Positions 1 through 12,479 are shown, counted from the first letter of the stretch. The stretch: 64,000 nt of DNA from Octopus sinensis (GCF_006345805.1 NC_043003.1:58342001-58406000), one strand, 5' to 3'. Made by a program: numbers and translations. Notes: generated by a model from the sequence alone, not told the origin.

Positions 1-449
1 GTTGTATAAAGAGATGATGGGTTATAAACATCTAATAATTTCGGATAAGTTCTTCGTCTTTCAATTACATGTAGATGATGATGAACTATAAGATAGGTGC
101 TCGTATCTCTCATACACCCAGTAACTTTCATTCCACCACCACTCCTTACACACAGTTTAACATTTTTCGTCGTAAAAACGTACTCTATTATGATATCACG
201 ATTCTTGTTTATTTTATTTATTCCCTAACGTATTTCGCTTCAAATGTTTTTATTCGAAGATGTTTTATTGTATATGTTTAGAAATTGGTATGTTTAAATC
301 CTTCGTCGTCGTTGTTCGAAAGAAAAAAGAAAAAAATAACTCGTCGCAATGCATTTTCTCTTTATGATATGAAAAAAACCAACGAGAAACTTCGTTTCGA
401 GTTACGACCAGATTTTCAGGAACGCATTGCTACTGCAACGTAGGAGATT

Positions 450-609
450 CACACACATACATGACACACGCGCACACACACACACACACAGACACACACA
501 CACACACACAACATACACACACACATCCATCAGTCCATCCACACCACATCTATCCATCCGTCCATCCATCCATCCATCCATCCATCCATACATACATACA
601 TACACACTC

Positions 610-649
<40 letters not shown>

Positions 650-761
650 CCATCAGTCCATCCACACCACATCTATCCATCCATCCATCCATACATACAT
701 ACATACATACACACTCACACGCACGCACACACACACACACACACCACACACACACACACAC
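450..761. repeat. Compound (CA)n/(CATC)n/(CATA)n microsatellite with an internally duplicated unit
   Basis: The block catccatcagtccatccacaccacatctatccatcc occurs twice (~524 and ~647). Confidence 0.95.
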
Positions 762-1220
762 CTGTACTTCGGTTTACAAGTCACTCAGTTTTCACGGTTC
801 CGGCTTTGGTCAGATTTTCTTCTTTACTTTTTTCAATTTCATATATTTCACTTTAAAATATCACTTAGTCATTTCGTCATTTCCGCTTAGGTTTTTCTTT
901 TCATTTTCCTTTCATTTCACTTCCATATGTCTTCTACGATAATCTTATTTTTTATATTTTGAAAAATATTTTGAAAATTAAAGTTTCAAACGTCAAACCA
1001 AAAAAAAAAAAAAACGGACAAGAAAGATGATTTCCTTAGACCTGGAGTAGAGAGAGCATTTCATTGATGGTGTTGTGAATGGAAATAAAATGGACTTTGA
1101 CAAACATAACTGACTGATCGATTGCCCGCACAATTAATCAAACAATCGATTAGTTAATTGGTTAACTTAGTTAAACGTTAACGAATTCACTAATGATAAT
1201 AAATGAAGTGAAACTTAACC

Positions 1221-1880
1221 ATTGCAAGTATACATTGTTGGCATAATGACCCTTCCAAGATGCACCAAAATAAGAAGTAATATTTATCCCCAATTAAAGG
1301 TGCATGTTCCTTTAGAACAAACTGCAGCTGTATATATCATGAGAGACACTTTTTGTGCAAAATGCACGCTCGTTTATACCGCCATCTCCAGCGCCACGAC
1401 CACCAGTTCACGTGATTTCGACCTTCCTTGGTCTCCTCAATGAAGGGCGCTCGGCTTCTAGAGATAGCAGCGATTCATCTTCCCATCAGTGATATATAAA
1501 AATAAGCAGTGCCAGAACAGGTGCTGGTATCGCGATTAGCCAGTGAGCTTGTTAAAGATTATATATTAGCTAAAGACAGTAGCGATTCATGCCCCCGCCA
1601 GCGATATGTAGAACAACAGTGCTGGAATAGACGCTGGTATCGCGATTAGCTAGTGAGCTTGTAAAAGAATATGTATTAGCGACTGAGGCAGAATTAATAC
1701 CGAGCGGTAATATTTATTCCCAATTACACGTAGGTGTTCTGCTAGAACAAACTTTACTGATGCAGTTACAAAGAGAGAAACTCTCATAATAGCTTTTGGT
1801 GCAAAATGCACTGTTGTTTATATCGCTAGCGGGGAGATAAACCCCCGCCATCTCCAGCGCCGAGACCACCAGATCATTTG
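1221..1880 (+). repeat. Diverged direct-repeat cassette A-B-B'-A'
   Basis: ~1221-1420 resembles ~1712-1880 (shared tagaacaaac, tgcaaaatgcac, ccgccatctccagcgcc). ~1461-1570 resembles ~1572-1680 (shared agcgattcat, gctggtatcgcgattagc, agtgagcttgt). Confidence 0.75.
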
Positions 1881-1934
1881 ATAAAGGTTCGATAGAAACT
1901 ATTAAATAGTTTAATATAATCGATACAAACAACC

Positions 1935-2760
1935 GTTAGAACAATTAAAAGAAACAGAGAAAACATCGGAGCCGATGATAATCGGAAAGAGATTTCGGAT
2001 AGAAGATAAAAGTTGCAAAGAATTATCTATAGACAGCTTTGTTACATGACAAAAGGCAGTAAGATAATCAAATCAGCGTTACAAATGAAGCATCTAATTA
2101 ACTACAACCTGGATTTTCGTGCAGTAAAATTTAAAAACGTAAAGCATTGAAGTCTTCTGACATAATCTGAAACTGAAGAAAACAGATCAAGCGATAAGAA
2201 AATTGCTGAAAAAATCTGAGCCTCAATTAGTTAAAATAATTAATGACAGTTTTTATTCTTTAAAACCGGTCTGTTCTGGAAGAAAATGCCATGGAGAATT
2301 TTGATATTAAAATACGAAACAAAAAAACCCGTTAGCATATTCGAAGTATCTAAAGATCGAATCTCATTATTATTATACTTTAACGCATTAGATGACTCTT
2401 TCACGAAGCCATTAATGAGGTTCTTAATCCACGTGCAATGAAAAGATTAAATAAAAACAACTTCCCACTTCATTGTCCTACAACAACAAAAAAGAAGGAA
2501 AGAAGGAAAAAGAAAAGGGGGGATAATGGTGGATGATTCTGCTACAGTATTCGAAAACTGGTTTTCTAATACTGTAGCAGTCATTCTTAGTTTTTTTTCT
2601 TCCTGAAGCTGAAAGGAAATAACATTGACTTCAAAGTATTATTACTAATTGATAAACGCCTCATCACATTTTTGCGATTTACGACGTCTCCCAACGGTAA
2701 AGCTCTGTTTTTGCCATCCAATATTACACTACCTATTCAAAGAATATTTGTAATTTTAAG
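1935..2760 (+). mobile_element. Tigger/pogo transposase relic (DDE region, many stops and frameshifts)
   Basis: Translated motifs TGLFWKKMP (~2265-2290), FEVSKDRISLLL (~2340), NPRAMK, VFENWFSN, KVLLLID (~2634), LFLPSNIT (~2705). Confidence 0.75.
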
Positions 2761-2869
2761 ACTAATTGTGTACATTGTGGTTCGTTGGAATTAATGAATC
2801 GATTAGAAGACATTTTATTTCCAGATTGTGTTTGCCAACAACGCGTGTGTTTGTTTTTCTTTATCATGT

Positions 2870-3046
2870 TCCAGCCCTTGGACCTCGGTCGCCCTTGGAC
2901 ACCGCCTTGAAGGGCTTAATTGAATAATACATTGACCCCGGCTATCACTTTTTGTTTTTAATCTGGTACTTATGTCAGTTTCTATGCCGAACCGCTACAT
3001 TACAAGGACATGAACAAACCACCAGTAGTTGTCAAACGGTAGGGGA

Positions 3047-3060
<14 letters not shown>
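2870..3060 (-). mobile_element. SINE family A, degenerate fragment
   Basis: Similar to the family A body (gccgaaccgct...ggttgtcaa) followed by (CA)n. Confidence 0.6.
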
Positions 3061-3084
<24 letters not shown>

Positions 3085-3289
3085 GTATGTATGTTTGTAT
3101 GTATATAGAGAGAGGGAGGAGATAGTGATATACATAAAATCACTTGGGATATATGTTATAACACTATTCCACATATATAAAAACAGCCATACAAACAATC
3201 CAACATACCTGGATCAGCTGCCCCATGGATATCGTTATGGTTTCGACACCTAAGCAATATATATATAATATACACAATATTTTACCTAT

Positions 3290-3485
3290 CTAACCCAAGC
3301 GTGTTTATCGGCATTAATATCTCCATACCAATGCACCTAGATTTCTCTCATAGCCACTCTTCACCCACGCGAATTTAGTCCTCGATAAAGATTTCGGAGT
3401 TGAAGTTCAAATCATCTGAACATTACTGCGTGTTTTTCATACCGAGTATCTCTGGGTCTCACCTGTTAACTCTCCCTCTCTCTTC

Positions 3486-3530
<45 letters not shown>

Positions 3531-3835
3531 ATATATATATATATATATATATATCTATATATATATATATATATACACACACATATGTATACATATATAT
3601 ATATATATTATATATATATTATATATATATATATATTTCCAGTCACTTCAGCCATGTAACAACACACGTGCTGTTGGTGATATTTTTCCTTCTCTGAACT
3701 TTTGTGTTTTTTTTTCTGACGAAGAGCTATGCTCGAAACGTCAAAACCCCTTTCTTTTTTTCTACCTCTACCGAGTGTATACGTCCTTTTGTTGGTTTCT
3801 TATTGTTAATCTTAATATTCGATTATTCGAATTGG
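3290..3835 (+). mobile_element. Penelope-like element 3' remnant / terminal repeat, interrupted by (CTAT)n(AT)n
   Basis: Contains the hammerhead motif. Upstream reads ...DKDFGVEVQII*TLL, reminiscent of the PLE endonuclease C-terminus. Flanks resemble 31490-31680 and 37845-37995. Confidence 0.45.
3710..3747 (+). ncRNA. Minimal type I hammerhead ribozyme motif (Penelope-like element terminus), intact catalytic core
   Basis: TTTT-CTGACGA-A-GAGC(TAT)GCTC-GAAAC-GTC-AAAA: complete CUGANGA/GAAA core, 4-bp stem II, palindromic ACGT stem III, GUC cleavage triplet (after 3742), stem I TTTT/AAAA. Confidence 0.7.
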
Positions 3836-3844
3836 CTATGTCAG

Positions 3845-3955
3845 GTGTGTGTGTACTAGTATTACAAAGAATAAGTCCTAGGATCGATTTGTTCGATTAA
3901 AGGCGGTGCTCCAGCATGGCCGCAGTCAAATGACTGAAACAAATAAAAGAATTGA
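3845..3955 (+). mobile_element. SINE family A, 3' fragment
   Basis: acaaagaataagtcc...ggcggtgctccagcatggccgcagtcaaatgactgaaac tail. Confidence 0.85.
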
Positions 3956-4364
3956 AGAATACACACACACACACACACACACATGCTACAGGTTTCTACA
4001 CAACTTCCGTTTGCAGAAATAACCCACAAGGCATTGACCAACCAAAGACTTGTCCAAAGTAACGGGCGAAAGGTCTGAACCCAAAACCACGTGGTTGCAA
4101 TGGAAGTGTCTTAACCACTCATCCATTTAAATGGTTTGCCTTCATTTTCTCTAATTTTGTATAGATGGGCAGATCTCAGTGCATCGTCATTTTGTCGTTC
4201 TCTGAAACCGTTACGGGATATGTGTGGAGTATGTGTGTGTTTTTATAAAGCTGAGGTAGTTTTCGGGGCAGGAAAGTTCCGCCTCTGGTTATAAATTCCA
4301 TAACGATTCCATTTTGGTTAAGAAACCAAATACGATATTATTTATCTTTAATTTCGTCCATCTT

Positions 4365-4520
4365 TACATTCTGAGTTTTAATTCCGCTAAGGTCGGCTTT
4401 GCCTTTCATCCTTTCGGTGCCGATAAATTAAGTACCAGTAAAATTCTGGGGTCGTTGTAATCGACCAGTACCCTCCCCCAAAACTTCAGGCCTTGTGCTT
4501 ATAATAGAAAAGATTATTTA
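4365..4520 (+). mobile_element. SINE family B fragment
   Basis: ttgcctttcatcctttcgg...gataaattaagtaccag body and ggccttgtgc tail. Confidence 0.75.
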
Positions 4521-4547
4521 TCTCTTATAATTCTTTAGTTATTCTAC

Positions 4548-4846
4548 AGCTACATAGTTTGTTCCTTCTCGAGCCATGCCTGGCTCATAGGGCCGCTTTC
4601 CTGGTTTCCTTGGCGTATAGGTTCCCCACCTGGACGGGACGCCAGTCCGTCGCAGGTGAGCTGCAAGATGCAGGAGGAAAGAGTGAGAGAAAGTTGTGGC
4701 GAAAGAGTCAGCAGAAGTTCACCATTACCTTCTGCCGGAGCCGCGTGGAGCTTAGGTGTTTCGCTCATAAACACACACATCGCCCGGTCTGAGATTCGAA
4801 CCCGCGGTCCCTCGATAGTGAGTCCGCTGCTCTAACCACTAGGCCA
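4548..4846 (-). mobile_element. SINE family D (tRNA-derived head, V-domain-like core)
   Basis: Minus-strand head with A box (tggcctagtgg) and B box (ggttcgaatctc); homologous to 57622-57929 and 33778-34137. Confidence 0.8.
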
Positions 4847-5464
4847 TATGCCTCTACTCTACAGCTACATATTTTTCTATTATTTTTCATTATATGATTT
4901 CGGTAACTTCTTTGTCCCGCAATCAAAACCCTTCGGTCTTTGTTTCAAATCCCTCGTTTTGCAACCAGCATTGGATTGTTTACTTTATCTATTCACTCTT
5001 CTTTCGCTTAATCTTGTCAGCTTTAAACCAAATTCAGTATTTCTTCTCTTAGCATGGCATTCTGTTATCCCACTTTCAAGCTTTTTTATTTATTTTTTTT
5101 TAGTTTTTTCATGGATTCTCACAACTATCTGATATCTCTGCTTCTGTGTTGTATTTGTTGGCTTCCTTGAAGACAGAAAATAGTTACCTTTTTTTGTGTG
5201 TGAATGTATAAGTTTGTTATGTTAATGTATTATAGCTGTTTGTATCACTTCTTCCTTTAGTCTTTGCGAGATGTTTTTGCAGACTTACAGTACATATTTA
5301 ATTATAGTTTTCTGGCTCCAAGCAGAAGATACAGTCTCGTGTGCATAGTAAATATATATCCGAGTCGCTTTGAAAGAGTAGATATAAGTCCCCGCCAGAC
5401 ATCACTGTCTGAAGGCCTAGGCCTCGTAGGGACGTTTACTCAATTTCCATGGCGTATAAATGAC

Positions 5465-5675
5465 TGGTGAAGGCGTGTGGCCTAGTGGTTAAGCTTTTGA
5501 ACTCACGATCGCTAGATTGTAGGTTCGATTCCCTGATTGGATGGCGCGTTGTTTACTCGAGTAAAACACTTCATTTCACATTGATGCAATCTCCCTTCGC
5601 CTTACCAGCGGAGTGGTGTCATTTAAAGGCTAAAACAATGCCAAAGTGCATTGTAAGCTGCGATGTGTAACAACA
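5465..5675 (+). mobile_element. SINE family C, degenerate
   Basis: gaaggcgtgtggcctagtggtt...ggttcgattccc head, then acacttcatttcac. Confidence 0.65.
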
Positions 5676-5677
5676 AT

Positions 5678-5890
5678 ATGTGTGTCTGTGTTTGTGTGTC
5701 TATGTTTATCCCCCCACCATCGCTTGACAACCGATGTTCGTGTGTTCACGTCCCCGTAACTTAGCGGTTCGGTAAAAGAGACCGATAGAATAAGTACTGA
5801 GGTCGATTTGTTCGACTAAAGGCGGTGCTCCAGCATGGCCGCAGTCAAATGACTGAAACAAATAAAAGGAAGTAAAAGAATAAAAGAATA
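5678..5890 (+). mobile_element. SINE family A, 3' half
   Basis: catcgcttgacaaccgatg...gcagtcaaatgactgaaac. Confidence 0.9.
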
Positions 5891-5924
5891 TATATATATA
5901 AACTTAAATAAACCTTAGATATGT

Positions 5925-6283
5925 TTCCATCAAAGATTGGTCCAGGCCATGCCTAACTTAATAGCACCACCTGATAGGATTATCGAAATCCTTTTTAAGT
6001 CAGGTTTTGTGGTATTATGGTCCATTCAAGTAGTGAGTTCTTGTTGAGTGAGTTGTATCCAGGTATGGGTGGCTTATCTGGTATTCCTTGAAGATATTTT
6101 TCCAGACCCCGTTTAAAGGTAATAGGATCCTTTTCCTCTTTGATCAGTTTTGGGGCAAAGTTAAACAGGGCAGGGCCTGTTGAGGAAAAAGAATTGTGCC
6201 GCAGTGTATCTATATGTTGTGATCCTGAATTGGGCAGGGGACGTATGGCCCATGGTCCCAGCCTTGGATGCACCTTGAAACTA
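5925..6283 (-). mobile_element. CR1-like LINE, 5'-truncated (ORF2 C-terminus plus 3' UTR)
   Basis: NSFSSTGPALFNFAPKLIKEEKDPITFKRGLEKYLQGIPDKPPIPGYNSLNKNSLLEW fits the CR1-group ORF2 tail pattern (NSF..RGP.LFN.LP...FK..LD.YL..IPD.P). Confidence 0.75.
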
Positions 6284-6306
6284 ATATATATATAGTTTCA
6301 CCTTGA

Positions 6307-6366
<60 letters not shown>

Positions 6367-6974
6367 GTGATTGTTTCTTATTAGGAACAGTAGGGTTAAT
6401 AGTACTGCTATAGAAGTGCTCAAGTAAATGAGACGAGTGTAACAAGCTTTGGTTGTAGAACAAACAACAAATTTAAGGTCATCCACTTGACATATCACAT
6501 CTCGAACATTTAATCACATATTAAAAACATGCTTTTTCTTATACATAGAATACTGATGCATAAAATCACAGATGAAATAAAATTTTATTTAGATAAGCAT
6601 ATAAAAAAAAATGTGAGTACAGTCTACTGCAATATAAAAAGTAAAAAATTAATATTTCAGCATCTAAAAAAATTTTTTTAACATTATAACACCTAGAATA
6701 ATAAAACATATAAAAATATAAAAATATATAAATATATAAAAATCCGTATATATAAGAAACATATCAATATATAAGGTATAGATAAAAGTTTATCGATCAA
6801 GAATTTTTTTCTTTTACTATTAAAAGTTACTCTTTAAAATAAGGGGAAGTCTATTAAGAAAAGCCAGAGTCCAAGCAAAAACAAACAACATATTGACAGT
6901 GACTATGGCCATTTCAGGGGTTCGTCAGCGTATTTAATGCATGAGGGTGCATTATTAGAGATTTTCTTTGACCT

Positions 6975-7297
6975 CACCAACCACAACTTCTGGCCTTCTA
7001 ATCTCAAACCCAGTGTAACCCCATGGATTACAATTGTGGGCGCGGTTAAGAAAGACACCAACCGCTCTGCCTGCAACATAAAAGCCAAGTTGGTGGCCAA
7101 GATCAAGGAGGTGTTCGAAGATCTTTCGAGGAACACAGTGAGAAACGCATGCATCAGGTTCCGGAGCCGTCTTGGGGGTCATGGTGGAAGCTGAGAGCGG
7201 CTGCTTTAAGTAAACTACTATCTCCCAATCGTAATCTATTTGATACTTTTTGTTTTCTTTTTTTGTGCAAACCATCAAATTTAACCCGAACTCCCCG
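6975..7297 (+). mobile_element. Tc1/mariner superfamily (maT/DD37D-like) transposase 3' fragment
   Basis: NFWPS...VGAVKKDTNRSACNIKAKLVAKIKEVFEDLSRNTVRNACIRFRSRL, frameshifted. Confidence 0.7.
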
Positions 7298-7307
7298 ATT
7301 ATAACAG

Positions 7308-7464
7308 ATTGTGGCTGTGTGGTAAGTAGCTTGCTTACCAACCGCGTGGTTCTGGGTTCAGTCCCACTGCGTGGCACCTTTAGCAATTGTCTTCTACTAT
7401 AGCCTCGGGTCGACCAAAGCCTTGTCAGTGGATTTGGTGGACGGAAACTGAAAGAAGCCCGTCG

Positions 7465-7511
<47 letters not shown>

Positions 7512-7720
7512 TTGTGTGTCTGTGTTTGTCCCCCCAACATCGCTTGACAACCGATGCTGGTGTGTTTACGTCCCCGTAACTTAGCAGTTCGACAAAAGAG
7601 ACCGACAGAATAAGTACTAGGCTTACAAAGAATAAGTCCTGTGGTCGATTTGCTCGACTAAAGGTAGTGCTCCAGCATGGCCGCAGTCAAATGACTGAAA
7701 CAAGTAAAAGAGAGTAAAAG
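7308..7720 (+). mobile_element. SINE family A, near full length (tRNA-like head, internal (TA)n(TG)n, conserved tail)
   Basis: gtggctgtgtggtaagtagcttgcttacc...gggttcagtccc head; tail gactgaaacaagtaaaagag. Confidence 0.92.
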
Positions 7721-8920
7721 AACGTTTTGAACCACGAAGAATTTGTACCGGATTTTTGCAGAGTTTTGAATTTTTAAAAACATTTTGTTGAAACTGTCTG
7801 ATAATACAGACATAGACTTGTCCAAATGCATCAATAAATTAACATTGAAATTTTTTTCCATCGTTGTTACAATCATCTGAAATGGAACTGTCATAGCGCA
7901 ATATTCGAGCAATTTTGCTATTCAACTTCAAAATAGGACGAAAAGCTGCTGGAACTGCACGCGATATCAACGAAGCGTTTGGTGAGGAAATGACCAGTGA
8001 GTGGTCAGCTTGAAAATGGTTCAAACGATTTTGTAGTGGAGACCTGTGCCTTGAAGATTGTGAACGTAGTGGACGCCCATCTGTCATCGATGACGGTCAA
8101 TTAAAGACCGTCATTGAGAAAGATCCACGTAAAAACACTTGAGAACTGGCAAAAGAAAACTGTTTCCATGCGATCGGAAAATCAAAAAAGCTCGACAAAT
8201 ATGTATGACGCGATTTGAATAAAAATCAGAAAATGTGCAGATATGAAATTTGCTCATCGCTTCTTCTCCGTAACGAGACCGATCCAGTGGATTCTGTACA
8301 ATAATAAGAAACTTTCTTCGCAGTAGTTGGACCAAAATGAAGCACCGAAACCTTCCCTAAACCCGTGCTCTTCAAAAAGAAGTATATGGTGACTGGTAGT
8401 GGTGTACTGCAAGACACATTCACTATAACTTCTTAAAAATCCGGAAAAAAACCGTTACTGCAAAAACATATTGCCATGAAATTGCCAAAGTGAACGAAAA
8501 ACTGCTACTCCTCCGTCCCAGACTGGTCAATAGAAGAGGGCCGATCATCCTTCATAACAATGCTCGACCACACGTTTCACTAATGACGCTCCAGAAGTTG
8601 AGGGAACTTGGCTAAGAAGTTCTCTATCTAGCTTATTCCCCAGACCTTTCTCCTACCGACTGCCACTTTTTCAAGCACCTTTATGGGTTCCTGCGACAGA
8701 AGGAGTTAACAAAAATCAAACCGATGCAGAAATTGCATTCAAAGAGGTCATCAGCTCCAGAACTCTAAATTTTTATGTTACTGGAATAAACAAACTTGTA
8801 ACTCGTTGGTAAAATGTGTTGATTGTAATGGTACTTTGATGAATAAAATTTCCGCATTATTGAAATATATTGTGATGAATTTCATGTTTCGAAAAGTTGC
8901 TTACTTTTTACTCAGCCTGA
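7721..8920 (+). mobile_element. Mariner element, degenerate; right TIR plus TA present, left TIR not seen
   Basis: 3' end ...acttttactcagcctga|TA; transposase relic inside. Confidence 0.8.
7882..8846 (+). pseudogene. Mariner transposase pseudogene
   Basis: MELS*RNIRAILLFNFKIGRKAAGTARDINEAFGEEMTSEWSA*KWFKRFCSGDLCLEDCERSGRP; later LHNNARPH and YSPDLSPTDCH; multiple stops and frameshifts. Confidence 0.85.
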
Positions 8921-9690
8921 TACATACATACATACATACATACATACATACATACATACATACATACATACATACATACATACATACATGCATACATGCA
9001 TACATGCAAGCATACATGCATGCATACATACACACACATACATACATACATACATACATACAAGCATACATACATACATACATACATACATACATACACA
9101 CACACATCCATCCATCCATACATACATACATACATACATGCAAGCATGCATGCATACACACATACACACACATCCATCCATCCATCCATCCATCCATCCA
9201 TCCATACATCCATACATACATACATACATACATAATACATACATACATACATACATACATACATACATACATACATACATACATGCATACATACATGCAT
9301 ACATGCATACATGCAAGCATACATGCATGCATACATACACACACATACATACATACATACATACATACAAGCATACATACATACATACATACATACATAC
9401 ACACACACACATCCATCCATCCATACATACATACATACATACATGCAAGCATGCATGCATACACACATACACACACATCCATCCATCCATCCATCAATCC
9501 ATACATCCATACATACATACATACATACATGCATGCATGCATGCATGTATATATGTATACATACATACATACATACATACATACATACATACTTACATGC
9601 ATACATATTTACAGATTAACATTCATACATATATACATACATACATGCATGCATACATAGTTACAGATTTATATACACACATGCATACAT
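8921..9690. repeat. Compound (TACA)n/(CATC)n/(CATG)n microsatellite with a ~295-bp higher-order duplication
   Basis: The block pattern at ~8985-9210 recurs at ~9280-9500. Confidence 0.95.
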
Positions 9691-10539
9691 AAACACACAT
9701 ATATGTGTATCTGTGTATGTCTGTGCGTGCGTACGTGCATGTATTGTGTGTGTGTGTCTATTGCCGTGCATCGAAATTTCTCGAAAGGGCTTTCTGTGAA
9801 AGCGAGTAAAAAGACTCTTGACCAAAGCAATTCTTTATTTCGCAAACCAAATTCATCGTCAAAACGCTGCGAATATCATTGGTAAAGGCATGAATGTTAC
9901 AAACTCTTACTCCCATTATCTCCGCGTAATGTTATCAAGCTTATGTAAGGTATTGTTATTATAATAAAATTTCTAATTTCTTTTTTTTTATATTTCTTCA
10001 AATTGCATTTCAAACACGATGGAGAACATAGCCATACACATTCATACGCACGCACAAATATACATATATATTCTCTCTTAGCTCCACGCAAACACACACA
10101 CACACACACACACTCTTTTCTCTCTCTCTCTCTCTCTTACACACACACACATACACAAACACATCAAACCGCTGCACGAAAAAATATAAAAACATGAAAA
10201 TCAATATTTTTTCATTTGCAGTTTTTGAAAATATTTTTTCAGATTGCTAATTTCTTGTTTGCTATTCCGTTGTTGTTGTTATTAAATATTAATGTTGTTA
10301 TTGTTGTTGCCAATTTGAATTCTATGGAGTTTTAATAATAATTCTAGAAATATAATGTTAAAAATTAAATAGAAAAGCAACGAGAGTGAATAAAATACAA
10401 CAGAAAGTAAATTACCCCGCAGTTACTTTTATGAGATTATATCAGAGTATGTATGTATGTATGTATGTATGTATGTATGTATGTATGTATGTATGTATGT
10501 ATGTATGTATGTATGTATGTATGTATGTATGTGTGTGTG

Positions 10540-10925
10540 TGAAGACGCAATGGCCCAGTGGTTAGGGCAGCGGACTCGCGGTCGTAGGATCGGGGTTTCA
10601 ATTCCCAGACCGGGCGTTGTGTGAGTATTTATTGAGCGAAAACATCTAAAGCAACATGAAATAAAGTGTCTTGCTCAAGAACACAACGCGCCGCCGCGAA
10701 TCAAAATCACAACTCTACGATCGAGAGCCGAATACCCTAGACCACTATGTCACCGTCTTCACTACTTGCATACATATACACATATGTAATACATAAGTTT
10801 GTGTGGAGGCGTAATGGACCAGTGGTTAGGGCAGCGGACTCGCGGTCGTAGGTTCGCGGTTTCGATTCCCAGACCGGGTGTTGTGAATGTTTATTGAGTG
10901 AAAATATCTAATGTTCCACGTGAAT
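10540..10925. mobile_element. Cluster of SINE heads: family D (+, ~10540-10655 and ~10803-10925) and family C (-, ~10655-10765)
   Basis: tggcccagtggttagggcagcggactcgcgg heads; gtgtcttgctcaagaacacaacgcg...ccactatgtcac in reverse. Confidence 0.8.
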
Positions 10926-10929
10926 GTGG

Positions 10930-11220
10930 AGTGCTCAGCCACTTGCAGTTTAATAAACGAGCTGCAACGTTACTGGTGCCAAGCTGTATCGGCCTTTGCC
11001 TTTCCCTTGGATAACATCGGTGGCGTAGAGAGGGGAAGCCAATATGCATAGGCGACTGCTGGTCTTCCATAAACAACCTTGCCCAGACTTGTGCCTCGGA
11101 GGGTAACTTTCTAGGTTCGGCAAAAGAGACCGATAGAATAAGTACTAGGCTTAAGTCTCGACTAAAGGCGGTGCTCCAGCATGGCTGCAGTAAAATGATT
11201 GGAACAAGTAAAAGAGTAAA
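10930..11220 (+). mobile_element. SINE family C body joined to a family A tail
   Basis: ctggtgccaagctgtatcggcctttgcc...gagggtaactttctagg, then ttcggcaaaagagaccgatagaataag. Confidence 0.75.
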
Positions 11221-11247
11221 AATTACCCTAATTAATGCACTATTTAA

Positions 11248-11458
11248 TTCTTTTATTTTTTACTCGTTTCAGTCGAATGACTGCGGCCATACTGCCTTGA
11301 AGGGTGTTAGTCGAACAATTGACCTTAGGACTTATTGTTAAAGACTAGTACCTATTCTATCGGTCTCTTTTGGCGTAAACACACCAACACCGGTTGTCAA
11401 GCGGTGATGCGTGGACAAACAAAGACACACACAAAGACACACACACACACACACACAC

Positions 11459-11517
<59 letters not shown>

Positions 11518-11672
11518 GGCGGGCTCCTTTCAGTTTCCGTCTACCAAATCCACTCACAAAACTATGGTCGGCTCGAGGCTATAACAGGAGACACTTGCCC
11601 AAGGTGTCATACAGTGGGACTGAAACCGAAACCATGTGGTTGGGAAGCAAGTTTCTTACCACATAGCCACGA
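11248..11672 (-). mobile_element. SINE family A, near full length
   Basis: Reverse complement of the family A consensus with internal (CA)n(TA)n. Confidence 0.9.
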
Positions 11673-11675
11673 TTG

Positions 11676-11798
11676 CCGTTGTTTTTCAACCATCGCCCCC
11701 TTTTGACAACCTCATTATCGTCCCCACTTTTCTTCAGCACCCCTTGGATCTTTCCACCGCTCCCAGAAAGGCAGTAGCGCCCACTTTGGGAACCACTG
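11676..11798. mobile_element. hAT (Charlie-like) MITE; duplicate at ~12639-12761
   Basis: Ends gtttttcaacc... and ...cccactttgggaaccactg. Confidence 0.55.
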
Positions 11799-11799
11799 T

Positions 11800-12256
11800 G
11801 TTAAACCCTGGATGAATCAAGAACGCAGTGGAGGACTATAGATGTTTCAACAAGACTCAGCACGTTATCACAAAACTCATGTAACCCAAGAATGAGCGTT
11901 AGGCAATTTTCACCAAATACCAAACTTGTGGACTTCAAACTCACCAGATTTAAATCCTATGGGATACTACGTTTCGCTCATTGGAAGGGAGTCTAATCGA
12001 CATCCTTATACTATCATAGTATCACTGAAAACCGTCATTGCTCTGATGATGTTCGAAATGAAGAAGGACCATTTAACGCATGCGCGTCAGTGACTTCGGT
12101 CCTGCATTGAACCAGACAGACATCTAAGCTGAAGGTGGATTCTTATAAGAAAACTTAATCAAGAACAAGTGCACAAATGTATATTAAAATACATTTGGTT
12201 TTTTTTTATGGATTAAAACTGAATTATCCAATATGTCCTCAAATAACCCCCAGTAT
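11800..12256 (+). mobile_element. maT/Tc1-type transposase 3' relic with terminal region; duplicate at ~12763-13220
   Basis: MFQQDSARYHKTHVTQE*...LWTSNSPDLNPMGYYV...RESNRHPYTIIVSLKTVI. Confidence 0.75.
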
Positions 12257-12431
12257 CCTGTGTGTGTGCGCGGGGGGGTACATATATATATGATTTTGAT
12301 TTTGATTTTTCCAGTTTCAGCTTATGAGCTGTGGCCATGCTGGGGCATATATATATATATAATATGTATGTATATAAATATGTATATATGTATGAATATG
12401 TATGTATGTATATATTTATACACGCACACAC

Positions 12432-12479
<48 letters not shown>

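Noticed and set aside
8806-9692. Several 190-284-aa ORFs (HTYI/MYVC repeats)
   Set aside because: Tetranucleotide microsatellites lack stop codons in most frames.
10540-10625. tRNA-like sequences (also at ~35690, ~53021, ~34060 and others)
   Set aside because: They have A and B boxes but no complete acceptor stem, and they continue into SINE bodies.
12044-12062. CTGATGA...GAAA hammerhead-like string (and its duplicate at ~13007)
   Set aside because: No stem II or stem III pairing; it lies within a maT transposase coding relic.
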